Of a stretch of 64,000 nucleotides of DNA, positions 18,045-27,428 are shown piece after piece (positions within the stretch are counted from its first letter, which is position 1; every line of letters begins with the position of its first letter). Under the pieces are notes generated by a model, which was not told the origin of the DNA, did not search any database, and worked only from the letters and a program-made list of their open reading frames with translations. The DNA comes from a virus. Taxonomy: Duplodnaviria; Caudoviricetes. Made by a program: the position numbers and the translations under genes. The stretch lies in IMG/VR virus record IMGVR_UViG_2547132108_000003, positions 854-64,853 of that record. One strand, 5' to 3'.

Positions 18045-19988
18045 TTAATTTTTATATATCACAAAAGGATATCCGCTAATTTCATCGTTTATACCTAATT
18101 TGTTTTTCAACTTTTTATTTAATCTTTCTCTTCTCAGCCCATATCCCTCTATCAATTCATTCAAGCTTTTCTTTATGTTCTTCTCATTCCTTGTTCTCCC
18201 TTTTACCATTCCATCTGTTTTCTCAAGATTCTCTTTTACCAGTTCATCTAAAACTTCGCCTTCAGTAACCCATCCCTTATTTTCAATCACATCTATAAAC
18301 TTTTTCTTTATATATTCTGAAATTTCATCGCTCTTTTTAGATAACTCTAATTTACATAACATCGGATATACTTTATCTGCTTCTTCTTTTCCAATACCTC
18401 TCGTAACCATCTCTCTTCCAAAACCAATCATTGACATGTTATTTTTTTTAAAATCATCTGCCCTTTGATTAGCACTTGTCATCAACTGATCGTCATATTC
18501 AGGTATAGAATAGTAATTTTGAAAATTCACATCTCTTCCCTTTTTCAATTTCTTTTCTCTTTCAATTACTGCTATTTGATATAACTCTTTTGGTAAATCA
18601 TTTATATGTATTTTATTTATAATACCTAAAAAAGCAAACAGATCAACTCGTTTACTGATCTCCTTAATGTCGCTATTAATCTTCGTATATTCCAGTTCAC
18701 CATAATTCTCTTCTATTACACCAGATAACTCCTTTGCCATTTGTGAAAGATACTTTTTTGAAGCAGAGAACATATTTTTTTCCACTTCTCTCAATGTATT
18801 TGTTCCTATGTATTGTTTTGAGAGTAAGTTCATCATAATTAGCAAAGGAATATATCTCTTTATCCTTTTATACAGCTCTGGATGCTCATCCTTAAACCAT
18901 TCGCTTGAAAGCATATGTATATTGTGGTCCATGATTTCCTTCTGTTGCTTTTGCCATTCAGATTCTACAATGACTATATTGTAATACTTACATAAATACT
19001 TGAAGGCCTCTACTCTTCTCATCCCAGTTAAGCGTTCAGTCACCCTTACAATATTTCCTGTGAATCCACAGGACTCACTATGACACTTGTACATGTGGTT
19101 GCCTGTCTTCTCGTCTCTAAATATCGACGCTGAAGGCTGAGAATCATTGTGGAAAATACAATGGAAGTTCATCTGCTGGTCCTTTAAATGCCCAGTCTTG
19201 GTTAAGTATGATATTAAGTCTTGTTTATATAAATATTCGTATGCATCATTTATATGAGAACATGTGTAGCCTTCATTTGAGTAGCTTGCATACTCAATTA
19301 ACTTTAAAAAATTCCTTTGATTAATTGGCTTTTTTTCAAAGGGGGGGTTTTTCCTACCAATTATACTATAAGTATTAATATATCCTTGGTAAGTAAAACC
19401 CCCCGCACCACAAAACTCATTTTTGCTTACATAATTTTTCACCACAAGCTTATTATCATAATTAATTGCTATTATCTCTTTACCACCAAAGAATATTCTA
19501 GATCCATTTGAGCAACGCTTATCAGCCATTGGATACCTTTCCAGCAGCTTGTTCATCAGTGCTTCTAAAGTATCATATTCTTTAATCACTTCATCCAATA
19601 CAAACACAACTCTTAATTTTGGGTGTGCTTTTGTATGATTAAATGTTGTATAAATAAACGCTGCACTATTTTCAAACTCCTCTTGTGCTTTTTCAATAGT
19701 CATTTCAACTTTTTTATACTTTCTCTTTGTTTTTATATCATAATATTCATTGTCAAAATCTAAACATATGACTTCTTGCGAAGCCCAACAATTATTTGAA
19801 CATCGCAACTTTCCATTATCCTTTTTGCTTAGATTTGCGGCTACAAATGATCTCCCTTTTTTTAATGCATCAGCCAGTTCTTTCACATTAACATCTGCAA
19901 GATTTTGAACAATTCTACCACTAATCTTTTTGATTTCAGCGATTCTAGGTTTCTGTTTATATTCGATGTTGTCAATATGTAACTTCAT
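18045..19988 (-). CDS. AEP-type primase/replication protein with CHC2 zinc finger
   Basis: ICLDFDN (motif I), YTTFNH..HPKLRVVF; CIFHNDSQPSAS...YKCHSESC zinc finger. Confidence 0.8.
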   Translation of the reverse strand: MKLHIDNIEYKQKPRIAEIKKISGRIVQNLADVNVKELADALKKGRSFVAANLSKKDNGKLRCSNNCWASQEVICLDFDNEYYDIKTKRKYKKVEMTIEKAQEEFENSAAFIYTTFNHTKAHPKLRVVFVLDEVIKEYDTLEALMNKLLERYPMADKRCSNGSRIFFGGKEIIAINYDNKLVVKNYVSKNEFCGAGGFTYQGYINTYSIIGRKNPPFEKKPINQRNFLKLIEYASYSNEGYTCSHINDAYEYLYKQDLISYLTKTGHLKDQQMNFHCIFHNDSQPSASIFRDEKTGNHMYKCHSESCGFTGNIVRVTERLTGMRRVEAFKYLCKYYNIVIVESEWQKQQKEIMDHNIHMLSSEWFKDEHPELYKRIKRYIPLLIMMNLLSKQYIGTNTLREVEKNMFSASKKYLSQMAKELSGVIEENYGELEYTKINSDIKEISKRVDLFAFLGIINKIHINDLPKELYQIAVIEREKKLKKGRDVNFQNYYSIPEYDDQLMTSANQRADDFKKNNMSMIGFGREMVTRGIGKEEADKVYPMLCKLELSKKSDEISEYIKKKFIDVIENKGWVTEGEVLDELVKENLEKTDGMVKGRTRNEKNIKKSLNELIEGYGLRRERLNKKLKNKLGINDEISGYPFVIYKN

Positions 19989-21050
19989 TCAAATCTCCTT
20001 TTTTTGAATTCTATAAGCCAACTGCTGATACACTCCATAATTGATCTCTTTAATCATGCACAACAACTCTTCCTTTCCCACTGAATCAAAGACACTTTCA
20101 TCAATAGTTTTCATCATGAGAATACCAGCTCGTGAAGCGTAATCATCTTCAGCTTCTGTATAATCCTCAAGAAGAACTTGTGCAGAATTATGGCCTCCTT
20201 GGTCTTTTGCTCTTCTAAGGTTTCCAGTAGTCCTCATTTCGTATTTAATTGCCGCTTTCCTTAATGAGTGAAAGCGAAGTTTACGAATAGGATTTAGACC
20301 CAATCGCTCATTCAATCGAATGATACTCTTTTCAACTTTGTCAGGTTTAAGGTTTGGAAACAGTTTATCACTTCCTGTTCTGTTTCTTATTAAGAATAAT
20401 TTATCAAACAAATCCTGCTCAAAAGGTCTAGTTGCTTCCTGATCTCCTTTATCAATTGTATTGACAAGATATAGTCCACTCTCTTCATGTTTTATAATAT
20501 TCAACCACTCTAATCCAAGGAGAGCATTCAGTCTTAATGATGTGGTTGCAGCCAAAAGAATCAATGTTGAAAGTTCTTCACCATCACGTTCTTTTAATGC
20601 TTCAGTTGCAAGCCTCTTAACCTCAACTGGTGAATAAAATCCATATCCCTTAGTCTTTTTCTTCAGAGTTGAAGTCTCGAAAATCATGTGGTCAACATCG
20701 TAACCATTGATTCTTAAAAATTTGTACAATGATCTTATGCCATAAATTTTTCTTCTAATTGAGGAGTCACTGTTTTTTTGTTTTAGATACTGTTTATACT
20801 TTTCAACATGCTTATTCAACAGCCTTGTCCTCTTCCCATTCTCATTAATGGTCTCAATTTCTGTTTTGCTAATCTCATCAATTCTCCTCCCCTGCATAAA
20901 ATAGAAAAATTCATTTGCATCGCGCAAGTATTCTGTTCTTGACTTACCTTTGTATTTATTTGCCCAAATCATAATATCACTTTGTGTAGAGTCAATATTT
21001 AAACTTTGGACATTTGCAGCTTGCAAATCTATCACTCCTTTATTTTCCAA
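19989..21050 (-). CDS. tyrosine recombinase/integrase
   Basis: TSLRLNALL (R), IDKG (K), FHSLRK (HxxR), GGHNS...DY (H, Y). Confidence 0.9.
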   Translation of the reverse strand: MENKGVIDLQAANVQSLNIDSTQSDIMIWANKYKGKSRTEYLRDANEFFYFMQGRRIDEISKTEIETINENGKRTRLLNKHVEKYKQYLKQKNSDSSIRRKIYGIRSLYKFLRINGYDVDHMIFETSTLKKKTKGYGFYSPVEVKRLATEALKERDGEELSTLILLAATTSLRLNALLGLEWLNIIKHEESGLYLVNTIDKGDQEATRPFEQDLFDKLFLIRNRTGSDKLFPNLKPDKVEKSIIRLNERLGLNPIRKLRFHSLRKAAIKYEMRTTGNLRRAKDQGGHNSAQVLLEDYTEAEDDYASRAGILMMKTIDESVFDSVGKEELLCMIKEINYGVYQQLAYRIQKKEI

Positions 21051-21060
21051 ACCAATTTAA

Positions 21061-21089
21061 TTTGATGATAAACTTCAATCTTGCGATTG
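21061..21089 (-). promoter_or_regulatory. sigmaA promoter for the recombinase-primase operon
   Basis: TTGACA-17-TATCAT; a divergent TTGACA-17-TAAGAT sits at 21185-21213. Confidence 0.6.
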
Positions 21090-21270
21090 TCAACAATGCG
21101 TTTTTTATATATTAAAAATAACAAGTCTATTTTTGCTGGACTTATACCCTCTTTTCTCCCTGAGAGTGAGTCAATCGGAATATATTGACATTATGCATTA
21201 TTTATTTTAAGATAAAATATAACAAATCGACGTGATTTGTAGGTTCAAAAATAATGAGGGGGTTTTATTC

Positions 21271-21438
21271 ATGATTGATCATAATGACAATGATCTTGAA
21301 ATTGAAGAAGAAGATGATGTTAATGTTTCTTGTGATGATGAGTTATCTGCCTACTATTCAGAAGACAACGAACTTTCAGTTGCTAATGGGTTAGGATTTA
21401 CTATCGATGATGATGGTCATTGGGTGCCCATTGATTGA
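21271..21438 (+). CDS. small very acidic protein upstream of the RNAP
   Basis: MIDHNDNDLEIEEEDD...; GAGGGGG RBS (track start 21232). Confidence 0.65.
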   Translation: MIDHNDNDLEIEEEDDVNVSCDDELSAYYSEDNELSVANGLGFTIDDDGHWVPID

Positions 21439-21467
21439 TAAAAAATGAAATATGATAATAATATAAA

Positions 21468-24083
21468 ATGGGGGGATCAGATAAGAGAATGGCAATTGAC
21501 TTAAAAAAATCTGTGTATATTCCATCAATTGAAGCCAGCGACATTTATTGTCATATGTTCAGGAATAAGGATCTCAAATTAGAATACATAGGGATGATAC
21601 CAAGCAGCTTAGAATTGAATAAACTTATTAGTATTGGTTTTAAAACTCACAAGGCTAAAACAAGTGATAGAATATTATCAGATGATATTATCAATTTGAA
21701 ATTTAAACAAAAGGTAAAATCAAAAGAAGAATTATTAAAAGACATTGATAGGAAGATTAATGAACAAAGAACAAACAAAGAAAATACAAATTGCCCAAAA
21801 ATCATCGAATACAAAGACAAATTAATTGGCTTCAAATCTGTACTTGAAAAAGAAACTGATGATGGAATTTGGAATGAAGTCAGTAATGAGGATTTAAGAA
21901 AGTACTTATACATAAATGGTTTCTTATTTAACGGTCATAAATATGTAGTTTACAAACGAAGCTCATCAAAATCTCGGGTTGGGCAATGTTTGTTTATTAA
22001 AGAGTCATTTTATGATGAAATGATTAAGTGGAGTCGGATGGATCTGCCTTTTGAAGTTGCAAAAATAGATTATCCGTCTCTTCTTGCCTATGAGAGTTTG
22101 GTGGGATCGTCCTTGGAGAGTTTGATTCGAATTGATCCGAAAAATATACTGATTGTAAATGACGTTGAGAGTCGATTTAAACAAATCTGCAACGTTGTAA
22201 GAACAGGTGAAAATGGATACTTGGACAGTTTTGAGGAAGAGACGGAAATTAGCAATAGTTTGTTTGATGGTGAGTCTTTGTTAGATAGTAGTTACTTTAA
22301 AGATGGTAAATCTATGAAGTTATTACGGAATCACATGTTTAAAACAGCAGCTTTTAACTGCAATGTACAATTATTTTTAAGAAACCAGTGCCCAAAAGAA
22401 ATATGCTATGAGTACTGGAAAGTAAAGAACATGTTTGGGCAAGAAATGTTGGCGAAAGACGTTCACTTAATCATTACTCCAAGTAGTTTAAAAGCCTTAA
22501 AATTTAGTCATGTTCTTGGGACTGAATTAGACATGTGGGAATATTGGAAAAAGATTGTTTCAAAAGATAGCCACATATTTGGGGTTTGTAAAAGTGAAAA
22601 ACAGTCAAAGCATGGCTCGGACGAAAATGGAAATACACTTCAACAAATGAGTTATCAGATGATAAATTCATTACCCATAAATAAAGATGATGTATATGAG
22701 TTAACATCTTATGAACGAGATTATGTAGAAAAACTTAAAAATAACGATGATTTTTTTATTAAACATATCAAAAAAAACATAAATGTAATCAATAGCAATG
22801 AGATGTTTACATACTTATTCGAAAGAAACAGGGATATTGTACATACAAAATTGTTCAGAAAATATCGAGCAGATGAAATTAGTGGGCACATAAAAAAAGT
22901 AAAGAAGGGAAAAGTTAGAATACATAAATCAGATTACTTGGTTATGTTGGGAAATCCTGTAGAGTTTCTTCAGCATGCAGTAGGCAAACTTAATCTATTA
23001 ATGCCTAAACTTAAAAGGAACGAAGTATATACAACTTTATTTGATTTTGGTGAAGAGCTTATAGGCTTCCGTAATCCTCATACATCTCCAAGTAATGTTT
23101 TAATTGTTGCGAATACATACAATAAGGACATCACGACTTACTTTAATCTCACAGATAATATTGTTTGCGTGAATGCTATTGAATTTCCTCTCCAAGATAT
23201 TCTTTCTGGTTGCGATTATGATTCAGATACAATTTTAATAAGTAACAATGAAAATTTATTGTCATATGGTAAAAGAGTGTTTGGAAATTATCGTGTTTGC
23301 ATTAACGAGGTGGCAAGTAGCAAGAAACAGTATCAATTGTCTAAGAAAGATATGGCTGAAATTGATAACCAACTATCAAAGAGTCAAAGACAGATTGGTG
23401 AGGTAGTTAATTTAGGTCAACTATGTATGAGTACATATTGGGATTCTCTTACAAGTGGAAAGCTTGAGATCCAGCAAAGAGAATTATTAAAAAAGATTGA
23501 TGTTATGACAGTTTTAAGTGGAATTTGTATTGATCTTGCTAAAAAAATGTTTGATATTAACATTAAATCAGAAATAGATTTTGTTAAAAAAACCAAACAA
23601 TTAAGAACTGATAAACCATTGTTTTGGATATACGTGAGCAAAAATAAAGATGTGAAAACAACTAAATATAATTGTCCAATGGATTGCCTTGACGATATCA
23701 TGTCAAACTTGAAAAATGCTATTCATAGAAAAAATATAAATCTAAAAGAACTGCTGGTAAAAGGAAAAATAAAGGATGGGGATAGAAAACAAATAGAGAA
23801 AATCACTAAATACGTAGAAGAAATGTGTAAAAAAATTAATGCTGTTTATGCTGGAAGCCTTGAAAAAGAAGAAAAAGAAGTCTTTGTTGATTCTGTAGTA
23901 AACTATTATAGGTTTTATATAGAAAAATTAAAAATTAGTCCAAGCACTATGTGTGCAATTTTATTAAAAATTTCGGATCATAAAAATGATAAAATTGCTA
24001 TAAGAATGATGAGTATACTACATAAAACAAACCCCGAGAAATTTATTAACACATTTAAAATTAAAAACTCCACACTTTTATAG
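21468..24083 (+). CDS. yonO: YonO-type single-subunit DNA-dependent RNA polymerase
   Basis: KRSSSKSRVGQCLF, GFRNPHTSPSN, catalytic GCDYDSD, AIEFP; position before HU/YonK as in SPbeta. Confidence 0.92.
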   Translation: MGGSDKRMAIDLKKSVYIPSIEASDIYCHMFRNKDLKLEYIGMIPSSLELNKLISIGFKTHKAKTSDRILSDDIINLKFKQKVKSKEELLKDIDRKINEQRTNKENTNCPKIIEYKDKLIGFKSVLEKETDDGIWNEVSNEDLRKYLYINGFLFNGHKYVVYKRSSSKSRVGQCLFIKESFYDEMIKWSRMDLPFEVAKIDYPSLLAYESLVGSSLESLIRIDPKNILIVNDVESRFKQICNVVRTGENGYLDSFEEETEISNSLFDGESLLDSSYFKDGKSMKLLRNHMFKTAAFNCNVQLFLRNQCPKEICYEYWKVKNMFGQEMLAKDVHLIITPSSLKALKFSHVLGTELDMWEYWKKIVSKDSHIFGVCKSEKQSKHGSDENGNTLQQMSYQMINSLPINKDDVYELTSYERDYVEKLKNNDDFFIKHIKKNINVINSNEMFTYLFERNRDIVHTKLFRKYRADEISGHIKKVKKGKVRIHKSDYLVMLGNPVEFLQHAVGKLNLLMPKLKRNEVYTTLFDFGEELIGFRNPHTSPSNVLIVANTYNKDITTYFNLTDNIVCVNAIEFPLQDILSGCDYDSDTILISNNENLLSYGKRVFGNYRVCINEVASSKKQYQLSKKDMAEIDNQLSKSQRQIGEVVNLGQLCMSTYWDSLTSGKLEIQQRELLKKIDVMTVLSGICIDLAKKMFDINIKSEIDFVKKTKQLRTDKPLFWIYVSKNKDVKTTKYNCPMDCLDDIMSNLKNAIHRKNINLKELLVKGKIKDGDRKQIEKITKYVEEMCKKINAVYAGSLEKEEKEVFVDSVVNYYRFYIEKLKISPSTMCAILLKISDHKNDKIAIRMMSILHKTNPEKFINTFKIKNSTLL

Positions 24084-24274
24084 ATTAAATATGCATTTTT
24101 CATATATAAAATAAGGGTTTTTAAGAGCAGCAAATTATCTTCATATGGAAAGGGTGGTTGAGTACAGAGGTACCGTAATTGTCCTACGAAAGGCTATAGG
24201 CCAAGTAGTAGCAACTACCTTTTCAAATTGATACAAGCTAAATCTGCAAAATATATTAAAAGGGGAGTAAAAAA

Positions 24275-24595
24275 ATGAACAAGCAAGAACTAATTAACCG
24301 AGTAGTTGAAAAAACAGGACTGACCAAGAAAGACGCAGCCACTGTTGTAGAAGCAGTATTTACAACAATCAATGAAACTCTAGTTACAGGTGAAGAAGTA
24401 TCTATCACAGGCCACGGTAAATATGCAGTACGTGAACGTGCAGCTCGCACAGGTGTAAATCCACTTTTACTCAAGGAGTTAAAAGAAAAAGGTGTTGACC
24501 CTGAAACTGCAAAAGCACAAGCAAGCATCCAAATTGAAGCATGCAAAACCGTTGGTTGGAAACCAGCAAAAGCGGTAAAACAAATGCTGAAATAA
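24275..24595 (+). CDS. yonN: HU-family DNA-binding protein with arm insertion
   Basis: MNKQELINRV..TGLTKKDA..GEEVSITGHGKY.VRERAARTGVNP; insertion in arm. Confidence 0.9.
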   Translation: MNKQELINRVVEKTGLTKKDAATVVEAVFTTINETLVTGEEVSITGHGKYAVRERAARTGVNPLLLKELKEKGVDPETAKAQASIQIEACKTVGWKPAKAVKQMLK

Positions 24596-24754
24596 TTTGA
24601 GCACGATTATGTGCATGTAGTACATAAACGGAGTAGTCATATTTGGCTACTCCCCTTCCCCATTTCCTTGTTAGTATATTAAATAAACATAATGCATATT
24701 TTAGTTTCACGTGGAACATATATGAATTATACAAAAAAGGTGTGATTTTAACAT

Positions 24755-24961
24755 ATGGCGAAAAAAGTACATGCCTATTCTTTAAAAGGCGAATATTATC
24801 ATGAGCAAATGGTTGTAGCTGAATATGATAAGAAAACTGAATATACTTCTTATTACTCCATTAAAGACATTCTTGCTGAGTTCAATGGAAAACCTTTATC
24901 TATCACAATTAAAGAAGAAGATGATGTTCCCTCAATTGAGCAACCATTTAGCGAGGAGTGA
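24755..24961 (+). CDS. yonK: YonK family protein
   Basis: MAKKVHAYSLKG...KDILAEFNGK.LSITIKEE. Confidence 0.85.
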   Translation: MAKKVHAYSLKGEYYHEQMVVAEYDKKTEYTSYYSIKDILAEFNGKPLSITIKEEDDVPSIEQPFSEE

Positions 24962-24965
24962 GTGA

Positions 24966-26129
24966 ATGAATGATCGCCTTCTTGCTCTTGGCATAAAGAA
25001 ACGAAACAAAGAAATCTCAAAGAGTTGGCAAGAAATCGCTGATCAATATAGTGATGGATTATTTACTAATGGTGAAACCTTGCGCGTTTGGGTCAAAGAT
25101 CAACTTAGAAAAACAGGTAAGCTGAAATCTCAGGTAAATAAGATTGCAACAAATGATGCCTCTTTCACCGTAAATGGGCTTATAAAAGAAAAAGAAGAGT
25201 TATTGAAACTTAAAACTCAGTATCAAGATCAAAAACGTGAGTATACGAGTTTAATCAGACAACAAGCTCGATTTGAACATTTAAAAGAGGAAATCCATAA
25301 CTCAATTCTTTCCCTGTCTAAGAATAGGCCATTATTGTTTATTCCCTCCTCCCCTGCTCAATCTAATGTACGAGCAAACACATTATGGAGTGACTGGCAT
25401 GTAGGTGCTGATTTTAAAAATAGTCTTAATCGATATGATATCAATGTGTTCAGAGAGAGACTTCAGGATCTCATTAGTAAAATCATTTGCGAAGGCAAGA
25501 AATATGATGTTGATACTCTAACTATTGGAGCACTTGGAGATTTTATTTCGGGTTGCATACATATTTCTACAAGAGTACAAGCAAATGAAGATGTTATTAG
25601 GCAAATTCAAATAGTATCTGAAAGCATTGCCGAATCTCTTGCTGAATTATCCAGACATTTCAGATCAATCAAATTTATTAACATTATCGGAAACCATGCT
25701 CGACTAATTGCAAACAAAAATGAGTCAATCTTCACAGAAAATCTTGAAAACCTTATTCCATGGTTTTTAGAAGCTCGCCTTAAGGACTTCAAAAATATTG
25801 AAATCTGTAGAGATGTGGATGGGTATTATGTGGATCACTCATTTGAGCAAACTCATGTATACGTGCATGGAGATCTAGATCATGTCTCAAGCGCTGCAAA
25901 AGTCCTTCCTCAAATGCTCGGTATAGTACCCAGATACATTTTCTGTGGACATATCCACCATGATACAGTCAAAGAATATGGACGTACTAAGGTTATTTCA
26001 AATGGCTCAATGATCGGTGTTGATGACTACGCCATCTCAAAACGATTTTACGCTGAGCCTATGCAAAAGATGCATATATTCGACGACAAAGACAGAATAG
26101 AACATACAATTGATATATATTTAAACTAA
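24966..26129 (+). CDS. calcineurin-like metallophosphoesterase (YonJ-like)
   Basis: SDWH, GDFISG, GNHAR, HGD, GHIHH motifs. Confidence 0.9.
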   Translation: MNDRLLALGIKKRNKEISKSWQEIADQYSDGLFTNGETLRVWVKDQLRKTGKLKSQVNKIATNDASFTVNGLIKEKEELLKLKTQYQDQKREYTSLIRQQARFEHLKEEIHNSILSLSKNRPLLFIPSSPAQSNVRANTLWSDWHVGADFKNSLNRYDINVFRERLQDLISKIICEGKKYDVDTLTIGALGDFISGCIHISTRVQANEDVIRQIQIVSESIAESLAELSRHFRSIKFINIIGNHARLIANKNESIFTENLENLIPWFLEARLKDFKNIEICRDVDGYYVDHSFEQTHVYVHGDLDHVSSAAKVLPQMLGIVPRYIFCGHIHHDTVKEYGRTKVISNGSMIGVDDYAISKRFYAEPMQKMHIFDDKDRIEHTIDIYLN

Positions 26130-26202
26130 TATTTAAAGATTGCCCTCCCCCACTTTAGCATTTGCTTTAAAAGGAGGTTCTGCGATGTAGAGGTGAAAGA
26201 AA

Positions 26203-26313
26203 ATGAAATATGCAATTAGTGTTCAAAAGAAAGTAATTACTGACCAATTTTTTAATGTCATTAAAATTGAAGATGAACTTGAAATGATTCGAGAGATTCT
26301 ATCTAGGCGATGA
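26203..26313 (+). CDS. 36-aa ORF (MKYAISVQKK...)
   Basis: Hand-translated; GAGGTG RBS. Confidence 0.5.
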   Translation: MKYAISVQKKVITDQFFNVIKIEDELEMIREILSRR

Positions 26314-26352
26314 AACTCTCATTTTATTCGATTATAAACTTATAAACTAGAC

Positions 26353-26380
26353 AGACTCACCTCTTATGGTGGGTCTTTTT
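26353..26380 (+). terminator. intrinsic terminator-like hairpin
   Basis: AGACTCACC/GGTGGGTCT + T-run. Confidence 0.6.
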
Positions 26381-26535
26381 GGTTTGTAAGTTTAATGGTG
26401 CGGAGACTATGTTGAATAGTCGGCAAAAAGAACGTACTCCCCGTTTTAGTCTGCACCATTTTTATAACTTTACAAGGGAGTTCTCCTTATAAAAAATTAT
26501 TGTGCTTGACCTGTACCATATTTGGGGTGAAAAAA

Positions 26536-27423
26536 ATGACCGCAAGAAAAAAAGAATTAAATAAGAATGTTGAGAAAATTACATGTCTTAAGTGTAGCAA
26601 ATCAAGAATGCCTTCTACTCAAAACTTTTATGTGAATACTCATCCATTGTTTGCCTCTGAAAAACTGATGGTTTGTAAAGAGTGTATTAATGAATATATC
26701 GGAGATAAAAACTCTAGTGGTTATGTAGGTCGTGTAAAACTCGTCCTTTCACTACTTGATAAACCATTCCTAATTGATCAATGGGAAGAAAGGGATAAAG
26801 ATTGGAGTAAGTATATTCCTTTAATTAGTTCTTTCCCGCAATACAAAGGCATGACATTTGCTCATAGTGTATTCGAGCATGTTGAAAGCAATTACTCACA
26901 AGTAAATTATGATGATACTAATGCTTGCATAAATAATTATGACTTGAATTCTGATGCTCAAATAAGATGGAAAGGTTTCAAAAAAGATAAAATACTTGAA
27001 TTAGAGAATTTTTATCAGGAACTTATTTCGACATATGAGCACAGCACTCCAATTCAAAGAAATCTTTATAGAAACATTGCCATTACGCAAATTCAAGCTA
27101 ATGAAGCAATTGCTAGTACAGATCATAAGAAATACAAAGAGTTAATGGACACTCTTAGCAAGTTGATGAATGATGCAAATATAAAGCCTGTACAAGAAAC
27201 AGGTGCGGAAGCAAACGGTATCTCCTCATTTGGCGAGTTCATAAAGATGGTTGAAGAAACAGAGCCTATCCCCGAACCAAGAGATGAGTTCAAAGATGTT
27301 GATGGGATTAGTAGATATATTGATAAGTGGTTTCTACATCACATGAAAAGATTCTTAGGTATTTCAAATGAAACTATGGAGGAATTTGATCAGAAGAAGC
27401 ACGAAAATAAGAAAGAAGATTGA
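26536..27423 (+). CDS. YonG-like protein, probable terminase small subunit
   Basis: CxxC..CxxC N-terminus; directly upstream of the large terminase; GGGGTG RBS at ATG 26536. Confidence 0.65.
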   Translation: MTARKKELNKNVEKITCLKCSKSRMPSTQNFYVNTHPLFASEKLMVCKECINEYIGDKNSSGYVGRVKLVLSLLDKPFLIDQWEERDKDWSKYIPLISSFPQYKGMTFAHSVFEHVESNYSQVNYDDTNACINNYDLNSDAQIRWKGFKKDKILELENFYQELISTYEHSTPIQRNLYRNIAITQIQANEAIASTDHKKYKELMDTLSKLMNDANIKPVQETGAEANGISSFGEFIKMVEETEPIPEPRDEFKDVDGISRYIDKWFLHHMKRFLGISNETMEEFDQKKHENKKED

Positions 27424-27428
27424 TATGA

